From Prochlorococcus sp. AG-679-M23 (GTDB lineage Bacteria; Cyanobacteriota; Cyanobacteriia; PCC-6307; Cyanobiaceae), in NCBI GenBank assembly GCA_003208875.1, contig QCUR01000003.1:128001-192000 (forward strand): 64,000 nt of DNA. Reading direction: 5' to 3'. Positions 1 to 10,852 of this stretch are shown here, piece after piece (position 1 is the stretch's first letter; every line of letters starts with the position of its first letter). The position numbers and the translations under genes are program-made. Under the pieces are notes generated by a model that ran no database searches, was not told the origin of the DNA, and worked only from the letters and a program-made list of their open reading frames with translations.

Positions 1-62
1 TAAGAAGCGAATAAAGATAGAACTAAAAAAAATAACAAACTTTCCAAAGTAGATTGAGGCAT
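1..62 (-). CDS. 5' part of a small membrane protein, running off the window edge
   Basis: ATG at 62-60, reading MPQSTLESLLFFLVLSLFAS...; hydrophobic and open to the edge. Confidence 0.45.
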   Translation of the reverse strand, partial: MPQSTLESLLFFLVLSLFAS

Positions 63-122
63 AACCATAATTAAGTAAGAGAAGATAGCTATATATCTAT
101 GAAAACGAAATTTATAAAAAAA

Positions 123-494
123 TCAATCAGAAACAATTTTTTTTGCTAAATATTTCTCTGATCTCCTTAATGCCCTTATAGACCCTTTAAAATCTCATTT
201 ATTATATTTTTCTTCACTTTTTTGTTCTAATAAATTAATAATTTTAATTATTTTTAATTCGTCAATTTTTAATTTATGGTCGTTTATTAAGTCAAATTTC
301 GATTAATACAAGAAGAATAATTCTTCTTTAAATTTTTTAATAATATTTTCATCACAAAATTTAGAATTCAAGAGAACCCTTACTTTCCTCTTATCTTCTA
401 TTGCCCCTTTCAAATTTCCCTCTTTAAATTTTTTTTCGCTAGACCTTGTCTTATTAACAATATTTTCGATAAATAATTTATCTTAATTAAGCAT
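123..494 (-). pseudogene. Pseudogene of an ~120-aa protein with an internal helical repeat
   Basis: Manual translation in one frame from ATG 494, with in-frame stops at 483-485, 303-305 and 195-197; internal duplication SEKKFKEGNLKGAI / SEEKYNK*DFKGSI. Confidence 0.6.
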
Positions 495-569
495 TCTTAA
501 GACTTTTGGATCAGCTAATAAAAAATTTACCAAATAATATGCAATTATGTTTAATCATTTATATAGTTT

Positions 570-869
570 TTAACCAATTACAAGTCCTTTCTTAAGGAGT
601 AAATCATATACTTTTACACTTTTTGTTATTCCTATTTTAGTAGGATTATGAATATCTAAAATTTCAGCAAGGCACATTATCCAAGAAGTTCCTTTTCTTA
701 AATTAAGTCCTTTACAAATATGTGTAGGTGCTGACTTGAAACAACCAAAATCTGTTGATATATTCATATTCATGATCTGAGTTTCAAGCTCTAAGCTTAA
801 AAGTTCTATTTCTTGATTAGAAAGAGTAGTTCCAAAAGAATACGATTCAATTAAAAGTTGATAATTCAT
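570..869 (-). CDS. Hypothetical protein
   Basis: 99-aa ORF, ATG start, no overlap with neighbours. Confidence 0.7.
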   Translation of the reverse strand: MNYQLLIESYSFGTTLSNQEIELLSLELETQIMNMNISTDFGCFKSAPTHICKGLNLRKGTSWIMCLAEILDIHNPTKIGITKSVKVYDLLLKKGLVIG

Positions 870-921
870 ATAAAATAAAAATTCTTATCAAGAATAAAAA
901 AATTTTTTTAAAGTTAGTTTA

Positions 922-1203
922 TTAACAGATCCAACGAGTTATTTTTGTACCTTCATAAATATGCCCAGAAGCTTCAACTATTGGTTTTGTTTCGGGATTT
1001 ATGAAAATATTATATAAAACATTTTCAGGACCTTGAAACATTACTATTGCTCTAGTTGGATCGTCTAAAGAATTTCCAATATAAAAAGTCTTAACACCCA
1101 TCTCATTAAACATTGCTTGTTGTTCAGGTGCCTTCATATGGGCTTCATATTCTTTAAAAGTATTACTTAGTTTAAAATCTAGAACTGTTGTTTCGATATT
1201 CAT
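922..1203 (-). CDS. Small conserved picocyanobacterial protein (DUF3764-like)
   Basis: 93-aa ORF; ETTVLDFKLSNTF..MF..MGVKTFYIG pattern recalled from this family. Confidence 0.7.
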   Translation of the reverse strand: MNIETTVLDFKLSNTFKEYEAHMKAPEQQAMFNEMGVKTFYIGNSLDDPTRAIVMFQGPENVLYNIFINPETKPIVEASGHIYEGTKITRWIC

Positions 1204-1393
1204 AAAAATTCATTAATTATCCTTTTATGATTTTAAATCTTATGTCAACAAAAACATTATAAAGAAGACCTTTTGAAAAGAATTCAATCATTTAGAAAAT
1301 AATTAATTATTAAAAAATAAGTTTTTATTCAAAATAACTATTATTTATTTTTATATATGAGTTATAAATCAACTATTAAAATCATTTTGTAAT

Positions 1394-2737
1394 TTGGACT
1401 CAAAGATTTCTCAAAGGGAGCAATGGACGAGTAAGCTCGGATTTATTCTTGCGGCGGCTGGCAGTGCTGTCGGCCTAGGCAATTTATGGGGATTCGCTTA
1501 TAGGGCATCTCAAGGCGGAGGAGCTGCTTTTGTAGTTTTATATATATTAATAGTATTAATTGTTTGTCTTCCAGTTTTTATCGCTGAAATGGCTTTAGGA
1601 AGAAGTGCCATGGCAAGTTCATTACTTGCCCCTGTGAAGTTAGGAGGAAAGAATTGGTACCCACTAGGAATACTTTTCTTCATAGCTCCTTTAGGGATCG
1701 CTTCTTATTATTCAGTAATAATGGGTTGGACAGCAGATACTTTATTTCACTCATTATTTTTTGGATTACCAAAAAATATTGGTGAAGCTGAGAATTTCTT
1801 TGGTTCTATAAGTAGTGGAAGTAGTGTTTTATTAGGACATTTATTAAGTCTTTTACTTACAGCTTTTATAGTTTCATCGGGAATAAAAAAAGGTATAGAA
1901 AAAGTTACTAGATATTTTATGCCTGTACTTTTCATAATTCTTTTGGGTCTCGTAATTTGGGCTACCACCTTATCTGGGGCATTGGAAGGTTATAAGACGT
2001 TCTTATTGAAGTTTGACTTTGCAGAATTAAGAAACCCTCAAACAATTAGAAATGCATTTACTCAAGCATTCTTTTCTTTAAGTTTAGGTATTGGAATAAT
2101 GGTGACTTACGCTTCCTACTTAAATAAGAAAAGTAATTTACCTAAATTAAGTATTAGTGTTGCTTCATTAGATACCTTGGTAGGACTAATGGCAGGTTTA
2201 ATTACTTTCCCAATAGTTTTAACCTTTGGCTTAAATGAAGCTATATCGGAATCAACGGTTGGAGCATTATTTATTTCTATTCCAACAGGATTAGGTTCCT
2301 ATGGAGCCGCAGGGAGGGTAGTAGCTGTTGCTTTTTTTGCATTAGCTTATATTGCTGCTATTACTTCTTCAGTCTCTCTATTGGAAGTGCCAGTCTCCTC
2401 GTTAATGGATAAATTTGGATTTCAAAGAGGTAAATCTGTTTGGATTATTACTCTATTTTTATTTTTAGCAGGAATTCCTTCAGCATTAAACTTAAATATC
2501 CTTGGAACGGTTGATTCAATATTTGGAGGGGTATTACTTATCTTTGGAGGATTCTTAGTATCTTTCTTTATGGGATGGGTAGTTCCTACAAAGTTCAATG
2601 AAGAACTTAATACATCGAAAGTAGGTATAAAAACTACTAGATATTTGAAATTTATGATGAGATGGGTCTCACCTCCAATTATTGCTTTTGGATTAGTTAT
2701 TAGTGTTTTTGACTTACTTAAGGGTTGGATATCATGA
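1394..2737 (+). CDS. Sodium-dependent transporter, neurotransmitter:sodium symporter (NSS) family
   Basis: REQWTSKLGFILAAAGSAVGLGNLW and QAFFSLSLG signatures; many TM segments. Confidence 0.95.
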   Translation: MDSKISQREQWTSKLGFILAAAGSAVGLGNLWGFAYRASQGGGAAFVVLYILIVLIVCLPVFIAEMALGRSAMASSLLAPVKLGGKNWYPLGILFFIAPLGIASYYSVIMGWTADTLFHSLFFGLPKNIGEAENFFGSISSGSSVLLGHLLSLLLTAFIVSSGIKKGIEKVTRYFMPVLFIILLGLVIWATTLSGALEGYKTFLLKFDFAELRNPQTIRNAFTQAFFSLSLGIGIMVTYASYLNKKSNLPKLSISVASLDTLVGLMAGLITFPIVLTFGLNEAISESTVGALFISIPTGLGSYGAAGRVVAVAFFALAYIAAITSSVSLLEVPVSSLMDKFGFQRGKSVWIITLFLFLAGIPSALNLNILGTVDSIFGGVLLIFGGFLVSFFMGWVVPTKFNEELNTSKVGIKTTRYLKFMMRWVSPPIIAFGLVISVFDLLKGWIS

Positions 2738-3123
2738 TAGAAATAATGGTAAATATCTGAAATTTTTAGATATTACTAAGTAAAATATTCTGAGGTTATA
2801 AGGGGGTGTAGGTAAAGGAAGAATTTATTAAATTGCAAAAATTTCATATAAATAAAAATTCACTATTTGCAATAGTTCTTAGCTAAATTAAGAAAAACTT
2901 GGATAAATTATATGTATTTTTTACCAAAAAATTTATGCTAAAAATATTTTTACTGCGGAACTTTTCTTTGACTTCTATACAATACTAAACTAATTTTTCA
3001 CTTATGTAATTCTTTACATAACAGTAAAGTATTTAATTTCATATCGATGAAGTTTTATATAAAGTATTATTACTGTTTATTTTCAATAAATTAAAACCTA
3101 ATCAAGAATAAAGGCAAAGATTA

Positions 3124-4827
3124 ATGTCACGAAAATCTGAATCATTAAAAAGTAAAGAAACTAAAAATTTTTTTGAGTTTTCACAATTAGCAGACTTTTC
3201 TTTAATGAATTCTCTCAAAGCTGATCCTCAGTCGACAAAAGATGGTAATGATCACAGAGCTAGGTCAGTTTATTCAGGTCATTATGTTCCCGTTAGTCCA
3301 ACACCAATTCCAGAACCAATATATATATCGCACAGCAAAACATTATTTAAAGAATTGGGATTAAGTTCTGACCTTACAAAAGATAAAAAGTTTTGCCGTT
3401 TTTTTTCTGGTGATATCAAAGTTGCAGAGTATCCAATGAGCCCATTTGGCTGGGCGACGGGGTATGCATTATCTATTTATGGTACTGAATATACACAACA
3501 ATGTCCATTTGGGACAGGTAATGGCTACGGAGATGGTCGAGCAATTTCTGTATTCGAGGGTTTATTTAAGGGGAAAAGAATGGAGATGCAACTTAAAGGA
3601 GGAGGCCCCACTCCTTATTGTCGTGGTGCAGATGGCCGAGCAGTCTTACGATCAAGTGTTCGTGAATTTCTTGCACAGGAGTTAATGCATGCATTAGGAA
3701 TTCCCACTTCAAGATCTTTATCTCTTTATGTCTCAAAGACAGAAATAGTTAAAAGACCCTGGTATACCAAAGGTTCTAGGTATTTTGAGCCTGATATTAT
3801 GGTTGATAATCATGCCGCAATTACTACACGTGTCGCACCATCATTTTTGCGAGTAGGTCAGCTCGAACTCTTTGCTCGCAGAATTCGAAGCAATTCACAT
3901 CATGACGCTTTTAGTGAGCTTAAGATTATTGTGCAGCATCTTATAGATAGGAACTATAGAGATGAAATTGAGCCTAGTCAGTCATTTAATGAGCAAGTGA
4001 TTAAGTTGGCTTATTTATATCGAGAAAGACTCATATCACTTGTAGCTAACTGGATGCGAGTCGGTTACTGCCAAGGTAATTTTAATAGTGATAATTGTGC
4101 TGCGGGAGGTTTTACTCTTGACTATGGTCCTTTTGGTTTTTGCGAATTATTTGATCCAAGATTTCAGCCTTGGACTGGAGGTGGAGAGCATTTTTCATTT
4201 TTCAATCAGCCTTTTGCTGCAGAAATAAATTTTAAGATGTTTTGTTCATCTCTCCTACCTTTACTTTTAGAAAGTAAAGAAGACATAAAAAAATTAGAGA
4301 AAATTAAAAATGATTTTTCTAAATTAATGAGTAAAGAAATGCAATTAATGTGGGCAAAAAAGCTTGGTCTTGAAAAATACGACGAGACTCTTATTAACGA
4401 CCTTTTCAAGCTTATGGTTAACTCTAATGCCGACTTCAGTATTTTCTTTAGAAAGCTTTCTCATATCCCTGACAATATATCTTCTATAAAAGAGAGTTTT
4501 TATTTACCTTCAACCGAAGAGCTTGATAAAAAATGGTTAATTTGGTTAAAAAAATGGCACGATTGTATTAAGCAACAAGGAAATTTTAAAGAAATCTCCA
4601 AATCAATGAAACAAGTAAATCCTAAGTTTACTTGGCGTGAATGGATGATAGTTCCTGCATATGAAGAAGCTGAAGATGGTAATTATAGCAAAATAAAAGA
4701 ATTACAAACTATCTTCAAGAATCCATATGAAGAGCAGTCTTTGGATATAGAACAAAAATATAGTCGTCTTAGACCAAGAGAATTCTTTAATAAAGGAGGA
4801 GTTTCTCATTACAGTTGTTCCTCTTAA
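3124..4827 (+). CDS. selO: SelO/YdiU family protein adenylyltransferase
   Basis: [38 protein letters not shown] and DYGPFGF motifs; C-terminal CSS. Confidence 0.92.
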   Translation: MSRKSESLKSKETKNFFEFSQLADFSLMNSLKADPQSTKDGNDHRARSVYSGHYVPVSPTPIPEPIYISHSKTLFKELGLSSDLTKDKKFCRFFSGDIKVAEYPMSPFGWATGYALSIYGTEYTQQCPFGTGNGYGDGRAISVFEGLFKGKRMEMQLKGGGPTPYCRGADGRAVLRSSVREFLAQELMHALGIPTSRSLSLYVSKTEIVKRPWYTKGSRYFEPDIMVDNHAAITTRVAPSFLRVGQLELFARRIRSNSHHDAFSELKIIVQHLIDRNYRDEIEPSQSFNEQVIKLAYLYRERLISLVANWMRVGYCQGNFNSDNCAAGGFTLDYGPFGFCELFDPRFQPWTGGGEHFSFFNQPFAAEINFKMFCSSLLPLLLESKEDIKKLEKIKNDFSKLMSKEMQLMWAKKLGLEKYDETLINDLFKLMVNSNADFSIFFRKLSHIPDNISSIKESFYLPSTEELDKKWLIWLKKWHDCIKQQGNFKEISKSMKQVNPKFTWREWMIVPAYEEAEDGNYSKIKELQTIFKNPYEEQSLDIEQKYSRLRPREFFNKGGVSHYSCSS

Positions 4828-4880
4828 AAAGAAATTAATTAAGTTATGAAAAAATTGATAAATAATTTAAATGAAGACTT

Positions 4881-5303
4881 TTATTTATTGATAGTTGTTG
4901 GCACTCCCACCACTGAAATAACACCAACATGAAGAATGGCAGGTTTTTTCCCAATATTTTTTACATAATGTTCTCCTCCATTATTACTCTCAACGAACAC
5001 ATCCCCTGCTCTAAAAGTATTGATAACTCTACCTCTAACATGTTTTAACTTACCTCTAGTAACATGTATCAACATTGGGGAAGGATGCTTATGAATAGGA
5101 GTCTTTAAACCAGCAGGTATTTTCACTCTCAACAACCTTAATTCAGGTTCTCCTTCTAGATAATTAAAACTTTTTCCACTTAAGCCTTTAGAAGTTTGAA
5201 TTAATGGAACAACTTCAATTTTTTCTTCAGCTAAGGAATATTTTGGAGATATTAAAGATGTTAATATAACCAGAAAGGAGAAATAACATTTTTTGATTTT
5301 CAT
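4881..5303 (-). CDS. Secreted cupin-domain protein
   Basis: Signal peptide; P.HKHP and H...N.G cupin motifs. Confidence 0.85.
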   Translation of the reverse strand: MKIKKCYFSFLVILTSLISPKYSLAEEKIEVVPLIQTSKGLSGKSFNYLEGEPELRLLRVKIPAGLKTPIHKHPSPMLIHVTRGKLKHVRGRVINTFRAGDVFVESNNGGEHYVKNIGKKPAILHVGVISVVGVPTTINK

Positions 5304-5358
5304 ATGGTTTAGATAATATAACTATTATATAAATATTGATATTAACTACATTTAAGTT

Positions 5359-5520
5359 TTACTTTTTATATAGTTTTTCTAACTGTTTAATTTCTTCCCT
5401 TAATTCTCTGCCTCTGCCATTTAATTTATTATTTTTTTTAATTATTGGAATTATCCACCAAGCTTGTAGACCAACAAAGACCAAAATCAAAAGAATTAAA
5501 TCAGGAGTTCCAGGCGACAT
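5359..5520 (-). CDS. Small membrane-anchored hypothetical protein (53 aa), not in the ORF track
   Basis: MSPGTPDLILLILVFVGLQAWWIIPIIKK...REEIKQLEKLYKK*; TM segment then coiled coil. Confidence 0.6.
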   Translation of the reverse strand: MSPGTPDLILLILVFVGLQAWWIIPIIKKNNKLNGRGRELREEIKQLEKLYKK

Positions 5521-5602
5521 TAAGATCGATTTTGGTTAAATTTTTTAATTGATAATAACAATACTTTATTACTTTTAACTATTAAAAATAAACTTAATAA
5601 TT

Positions 5603-5785
5603 TTATGCCGCTTCTAAATCAATACGAAGCTCCCTACTTTTGTAAATTATTGCTTCTTTGAAATTAATTAGTTTTCTTATTCGTTCCTGCCTTACCTTAT
5701 CAGTAATGTATACATCCTCAACAACCTCTTGTATTGCTAAAGTAACTTTCTGAAGTTGAAACTCTAAATCTTCTCTATAATTCAT
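5603..5785 (-). CDS. Hypothetical protein
   Basis: 60-aa helical ORF with ATG start. Confidence 0.65.
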   Translation of the reverse strand: MNYREDLEFQLQKVTLAIQEVVEDVYITDKVRQERIRKLINFKEAIIYKSRELRIDLEAA

Positions 5786-5916
5786 TGATTAATAAAATTG
5801 TTTTACTAATTAAAATAGAAATCTTTAATTAGTAAATAAGTACTTAACCCAATAAAATTTTCGACTCTAGGCCAAACAAAATATAAAGCTAAAAGTACAA
5901 GTGACCTATATTACTA

Positions 5917-6207
5917 ATGGCAATCAGAAGGGCTAATGGTTGTACTAATTTATCTTATGGCAGTCGTATTGATACGCCTAAAAGTTGTCTTCTTAATCCC
6001 GAAGGGAGAAGATTAATTTTCTTTGAAAGATGCAAAAAATCACCACAGAACAGCATCAAAATCTTTACACATACTTTTTACACGAATCACCTAGGAGAGC
6101 CCGCAGGATTAAAATCTACAAGCAAAATCCGAGTAGAAGAGGCTTGGGAAGAATGGAATGATCTACAAAAACTTGGCTGGACAGAAGTATCACATAATTT
6201 TGGTTAG
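5917..6207 (+). CDS. DUF1651-like picocyanobacterial protein
   Basis: LLNP...LIFF and A.EEW..L...GW patterns. Confidence 0.7.
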   Translation: MAIRRANGCTNLSYGSRIDTPKSCLLNPEGRRLIFFERCKKSPQNSIKIFTHTFYTNHLGEPAGLKSTSKIRVEEAWEEWNDLQKLGWTEVSHNFG

Positions 6208-6480
6208 CCAGGATAAATCAAAAAAAAAAAAAACACACAGACAAATTAATTTTTTAGAAGAAAAAATTAATTACCTTAAACCGTCTGTACCACATCAAAT
6301 CAAAAACTTTAAAGGTATCCAAATAATTCATGAGCATCAAACAAAAGCCATAATAAGACCTTCCTATATACAAAACTGCCTCGTTTTTGACACAGAAATA
6401 AAATAATTTACTTATCTTGCTCCTTGCACTTTACATTATTTAATACTTGTGTTACATTCATTAACAATTACAAAACAGCA

Positions 6481-6687
6481 ATGGCTAATTCTCAAGTAAC
6501 AAATGAATCAGGCGGAAGACAAAATATGTTTCCATCAGAAACTCGTCCTTACATAGATGAGTCAGTTTCTTATGACGGTTATCCTCAAAATGCAGAAAAA
6601 GTAAACGGTCGTTGGGCAATGATTGGCTTCGTAGCATTATTAGGCGCATACGTAACAACAGGTCAAATTATTCCTGGAATATTCTAA
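6481..6687 (+). CDS. hli: High-light-inducible protein
   Basis: AEKVNGRWAMIGF chlorophyll-binding motif and TGQIIPGIF C-terminus; start set at ATG 6481. Confidence 0.95.
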   Translation: MANSQVTNESGGRQNMFPSETRPYIDESVSYDGYPQNAEKVNGRWAMIGFVALLGAYVTTGQIIPGIF

Positions 6688-6918
6688 AAATGGAACCAAT
6701 TTCTCCTGAACTTTATGAGAAACTTGTTGCAGGGTATAAATACAGCAGGTAATTTTTTATTTTTTTAGTAATCTCTTTCACGATAAAAGTTCTCTTTTAT
6801 AACAATAAGTAATTACGAATTTTTTAAAACTGATCAAAAATATCAATTTTAAAAATGGTAAAAAAATTTTTCTAGCAGGAGAAAATACCTTCATTTTTAT
6901 TTAATTACAAAATTTCTT

Positions 6919-6955
6919 AAAAAAAAGAGATCGTTTTTTAGCTGAAAACGATCTC
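6919..6955 (-). terminator. Intrinsic terminator hairpin
   Basis: GAGATCGTTTT / AAAACGATCTC stem (6927-6955) followed by 8 U on the minus strand. Confidence 0.75.
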
Positions 6956-7050
6956 ATGTTACCTAATTCTCACAAGAATAATATCAAGTAAGCTTTTATA
7001 GCTTAGTTTATTTTAAATAAGTGTAAATCCGTAGATATGCCGATTTAATT

Positions 7051-7266
7051 TTATCTCTTTAATCCACCTCTCTTAATCCATAGAAACCAAGTTACCCAAA
7101 TTGGAGGGAGAAACCTTATTAGATAACCAATTTTATAAATATAAAAAGGAACATTATCATCCATAAATAAATCTACGACAGCTGAAGATAATGATACCCA
7201 AATCACAATAATTAAAATATTTGCTCCTAATAAAGCGAATTTGTTTTGCTTAAATATTTTTGGCAT
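7051..7266 (-). CDS. Small two-TM membrane protein
   Basis: 71-aa ORF with two hydrophobic segments. Confidence 0.6.
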   Translation of the reverse strand: MPKIFKQNKFALLGANILIIVIWVSLSSAVVDLFMDDNVPFYIYKIGYLIRFLPPIWVTWFLWIKRGGLKR

Positions 7267-7322
7267 GTAAAAAAAGATATGATCCCAATATTAAAACTAA
7301 TTGAAAATAAAATAATTATTTT

Positions 7323-7574
7323 TCAAAAAAACTTCAAATTTAATATCCAAAACCAAATAAAAAAAATACTAAATTTTATCCCACCTCCTAATATAATTCC
7401 AAAAATATAAGGTGGTAAAAAGAATATTATTAAAATCGAAAGTAAACTCAAAAGAGCAAAAGAGCATCTAAGAACAATATTCTTTCTTCTTTTTCTTCTT
7501 AATTGTTTTAAGAAATTCCACTCCAATTCTATTAGCCTGTAAAATTTTTCAGATAATAAAAATAAATATTTCAT
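7323..7574 (-). CDS. Small membrane protein
   Basis: 83-aa ORF with a basic stretch then a hydrophobic C-terminal half. Confidence 0.55.
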   Translation of the reverse strand: MKYLFLLSEKFYRLIELEWNFLKQLRRKRRKNIVLRCSFALLSLLSILIIFFLPPYIFGIILGGGIKFSIFFIWFWILNLKFF

Positions 7575-7576
7575 AA

Positions 7577-7762
7577 CTACTTATTTATAGTAATATTGGA
7601 CTCCTTAAACAAAATTTTCCTAGCAAGTCTATTCAAGCCAGACCATGTTGAATATTTTTTCTGAGCTGCTTTTATAATTTCCTGCTTCCCTTTTGATGTT
7701 AATTTATATCTTTTTAATAATTTCCCTAGGGCTATTGAATTTATAGAAATAGAAGTATTCAC
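7577..7762 (-). CDS. Hypothetical protein
   Basis: 61-aa ORF, 2 bp from the next gene. Confidence 0.5.
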   Translation of the reverse strand: MNTSISINSIALGKLLKRYKLTSKGKQEIIKAAQKKYSTWSGLNRLARKILFKESNITINK

Positions 7763-7807
7763 TAATTATTACTCAGTTTAAAATGTATATATATTTAATT
7801 TCTAATC

Positions 7808-8104
7808 TTAGCAATAAACTTTATTACCTTCTTTAGAAAAATAATAAATTCTATCCTCTGAACTAACAAAAAAAGTTAAACCTTTATATTGAGATCTACC
7901 AAATTTAATTAATCTATTTTTATGTAAATCCCAATTCTTCGTATTTATATCTGGATTAAACTCTTCTTCTTTTACAGTAGGGATTAAAGATCCAAAACTA
8001 ATCTTTTTTATTGATCGGTTAAGTGGGCTCTTGTAAAGCAATAAGAGAAGTATAAGAATTAAAAAAACAAATATAAAAACTACAAATAAATTTGACATTA
8101 TCAA
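7808..8104 (-). CDS. Membrane-anchored hypothetical protein
   Basis: N-terminal TM; W..H..RL.KFGRS.Y pattern. Confidence 0.65.
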   Translation of the reverse strand: MIMSNLFVVFIFVFLILILLLLLYKSPLNRSIKKISFGSLIPTVKEEEFNPDINTKNWDLHKNRLIKFGRSQYKGLTFFVSSEDRIYYFSKEGNKVYC

Positions 8105-8255
8105 CGATTAAATAATTCTTCTAATTAATTATTCTAAGAATACACTAATTATTTCTATCACTAAGTATTAAATCCTATTTTTAAATTCTTGTATTTTTGA
8201 ATACTTACAAAATGTCTTGAGAAACTTGAAAATAACATTAGCTCGCAGTTTTACT

Positions 8256-8399
8256 ATGACTCAAACTTCAATGAACACTCCTTATGCAAAGAGAGTGGCT
8301 GAGAAATTTAAAGAAGCTCAAAATTATTTAAAAACAAATGGGTTTAGTAGATCAACAAACCATCTTTTAGAAGAGATCGAGAATACATTTGAGAGATAA
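8256..8399 (+). CDS. Small hypothetical protein
   Basis: ORF 8217-8399; probable ATG start at MTQTSMNTPYAKR. Confidence 0.5.
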   Translation: MTQTSMNTPYAKRVAEKFKEAQNYLKTNGFSRSTNHLLEEIENTFER

Positions 8400-8550
8400 T
8401 ACCAAAACCTCCATTTTTACTTGATATTCTATATGGCTATGATGATGGTTTTAGTACCATTATCATTAGCCTTATTGGGAGTTGTATTGATTACCTTTTT
8501 GTATTATTACTTTGTCTCTTTGAATTTAAATTTAAACAGATTTTACAAAC

Positions 8551-9642
8551 TTAAACATTAAACAAAAACTCCATTACATCTCCTTCATTCACAACATATT
8601 CTTTACCTTCACTTCTAAGTAAACCTTTAGTTTTTGCATTTGAAATCGAACCTGAATCTATTAAGTTTTGATATGAAATTGTCTGAGCTCTAATAAATCC
8701 TTTTTCAAAATCAGTGTGTATTACTCCTGCAGCTTGTGGAGCAGTCATCCCATCTTTTATTGTCCAAGCTTTAGTCTCTTTTTCTCCCGTTGTAAAATAA
8801 GTTTTTAATCCTAATAATTTGTATGTAGATTTTATTAAAGATTTTAATCCGCCTTCCTCTACTCCTAAACCCATTAAATAATCTTTTTTATCCTCAGGTT
8901 CCAACTCTATTAATTCTGATTCAACTTGGGCTGAAATTTTTATACATTCGGTATTTTCAGAGTTTGCAAAACTTTGAACTTGTAAGGAGAAATCATTACC
9001 CTCAGCTAAATCATTCTCATTTAAATTAGTCGCATAAACAATTGGTTTTGCAGTAAGAAACCCCAATTGTTTAATCATTAAATTTTCTTCATCGCTTAAA
9101 GATATTGACCTGACTGAAAGACCTTTTTGTAACTCATCCTCAATTTTTTCTAATAAAGAATCTTCTTGTGCGGCTTCTTTACTTGTTTTAACTTGTTTCT
9201 TGATTCTTTCTCTTCTTTTTTGAAGTTGAGATAAATCAGCTAAATTTAGCTCCAAATTAATAATCTCAATATCATCCAAAGGATCGATCTTCCCAGAAAC
9301 ATGAATTACTTCACTATCTTCAAAACATCTCACTACATGCACAATTGCATCAACTTCTCTAATGTTGGAAAGGAATTTATTTCCTAAGCCCTCGCCTTTA
9401 CTAGCACCTTTTACAAGACCTGCGATATCAACAAATTCAATTTTAGTGGGGATAATATTTTGACTAGAACTTAAATTACCTAACTCTTGAAGCCTTTGAT
9501 CAGGAACTGAAACAATACCTTTATTTGGCTCAATGGTACAAAAGGGGAAGTTTGCTGCTTGCGCTTTTGCATTTTCAACAAGCGCATTAAATAAAGTTGA
9601 TTTTCCAACATTTGGTAATCCAATAATTCCGGCTTTTAACAT
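8551..9642 (-). CDS. ychF: Ribosome-binding ATPase YchF
   Basis: [27 protein letters not shown] and [16 protein letters not shown] motifs; TGS domain. Confidence 0.98.
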   Translation of the reverse strand: MLKAGIIGLPNVGKSTLFNALVENAKAQAANFPFCTIEPNKGIVSVPDQRLQELGNLSSSQNIIPTKIEFVDIAGLVKGASKGEGLGNKFLSNIREVDAIVHVVRCFEDSEVIHVSGKIDPLDDIEIINLELNLADLSQLQKRRERIKKQVKTSKEAAQEDSLLEKIEDELQKGLSVRSISLSDEENLMIKQLGFLTAKPIVYATNLNENDLAEGNDFSLQVQSFANSENTECIKISAQVESELIELEPEDKKDYLMGLGVEEGGLKSLIKSTYKLLGLKTYFTTGEKETKAWTIKDGMTAPQAAGVIHTDFEKGFIRAQTISYQNLIDSGSISNAKTKGLLRSEGKEYVVNEGDVMEFLFNV

Positions 9643-9790
9643 TTGAAAAAATTTATAGATAAATTAGTCAATGAATCATCTTCTTGTAATATAGAGTTTA
9701 CTTAACCAATCATGGATAAGTTAACCATAATCGTTTCGATTATTCACTATAGTTTCTAAATATCCTTAATTGCTTGCTTACTAAAAAAAT

Positions 9791-10852
9791 ATGCTTAATT
9801 TAATAAAGAAGAATTTAAATATAAAAAGTGGAATTGCATTAATTGTTTTAGCAGCTTTTTTTGTCTTTTTAAGTAATTCTTTTAAGAAAAACAAATCAAA
9901 AGACATATCCAACTTTGTAGTTTCCGTTGAAAAGGGAATTCTTTCTGAATCAATTAACACTACTGGAGAAGTAAAGGCTACTAGAACAAGCAATATTGGT
10001 CCAAGAAAGCAAGGAATACTAGAAGAAATTAAAGTAGAAGAAGGTGATCTCGTAGAAAAGGGCCAAATTTTGGCTACTCTCGATGATGAAGATTTCATCT
10101 ATAAGCTTGAAGAACTTGAATTAAATTTAAAAAAACAAAAATCTGAATATTTAAGAAGAGAATTTTTATTCAAAGAAGGAGCAGTTAGTAAAGAGGATTA
10201 TGAAAGCTATAAAAACAAGTACAACACAAGCGAAGCAAAATTTAGTGATGCAAAAGCTGAAAAAGATTTTTATTCTATAAAAGCTCCATACCCAGGGAAA
10301 ATAACAGCTAAATATGCAGAGATAGGTTCGTACGTTACACCTAGTTCAAATTTAAGTTCGGACTCTAAAGCTAAAAACTTTATTTTTGAATTATCAGAAG
10401 GTCTTGAAATTATTGCCAAAGTTCCAGAGAGTGATATAGGAAGGATAAAAACAGGTCAAGAAGCCTCTGTAAGGATAGAAGCTTATCCCTCAAATAAATA
10501 CAGAGCAATAGTTAAAAAAATAGCCGAAAGGGCAGTAAAAGATAATAATGTAACTTCATTCGAAGTAACCTTGAAATTCAAAGAAATCTCTGAGGAAATA
10601 AAAATTGGTATGACCGCTGACCTTGAATTTAAAGTTAAAAGTAGTGAAGAAAAAATCTTAGTTCCGACAGTTTCGATTGTCACCGAAAAAGGTGAAAAAG
10701 GTGTCTTAAAAGTAGATAAAAATAATGCTCCTAAATTTGAAAAGATAGAAATAGGTATTAGTAGCGGCAATAAAACTTCAATAATTGATGGTTTAAAACC
10801 AGGAGAACAAATTTTTATTGATATTCCACCTTGGGCTAATAAAAGAAAATGA
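9791..10852 (+). CDS. Efflux transporter periplasmic adaptor (HlyD/MFP family)
   Basis: N-terminal TM, lipoyl-like VEEGDLVEKGQ and IKAPYPG, coiled coil. Confidence 0.9.
   Translation: MLNLIKKNLNIKSGIALIVLAAFFVFLSNSFKKNKSKDISNFVVSVEKGILSESINTTGEVKATRTSNIGPRKQGILEEIKVEEGDLVEKGQILATLDDEDFIYKLEELELNLKKQKSEYLRREFLFKEGAVSKEDYESYKNKYNTSEAKFSDAKAEKDFYSIKAPYPGKITAKYAEIGSYVTPSSNLSSDSKAKNFIFELSEGLEIIAKVPESDIGRIKTGQEASVRIEAYPSNKYRAIVKKIAERAVKDNNVTSFEVTLKFKEISEEIKIGMTADLEFKVKSSEEKILVPTVSIVTEKGEKGVLKVDKNNAPKFEKIEIGISSGNKTSIIDGLKPGEQIFIDIPPWANKRK

Noticed and set aside
4810..4827. Selenocysteine recoding in SelO
   Set aside because: The C-terminus is Cys-Ser-Ser followed by TAA, with no in-frame TGA
5336..5539. 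Plus-strand 67-aa ORF
   Set aside because: Antisense shadow of a more protein-like minus-strand ORF (5359-5520)
6424..6480. ORF-track TTG start for hli
   Set aside because: The region looks like promoter DNA; ATG 6481 gives a typical Hli N-terminus
6690..6752. 20-aa ORF MEPISPELYEKLVAGYKYSR right after hli
   Set aside because: Too short and has no motif; cannot be supported without conservation data
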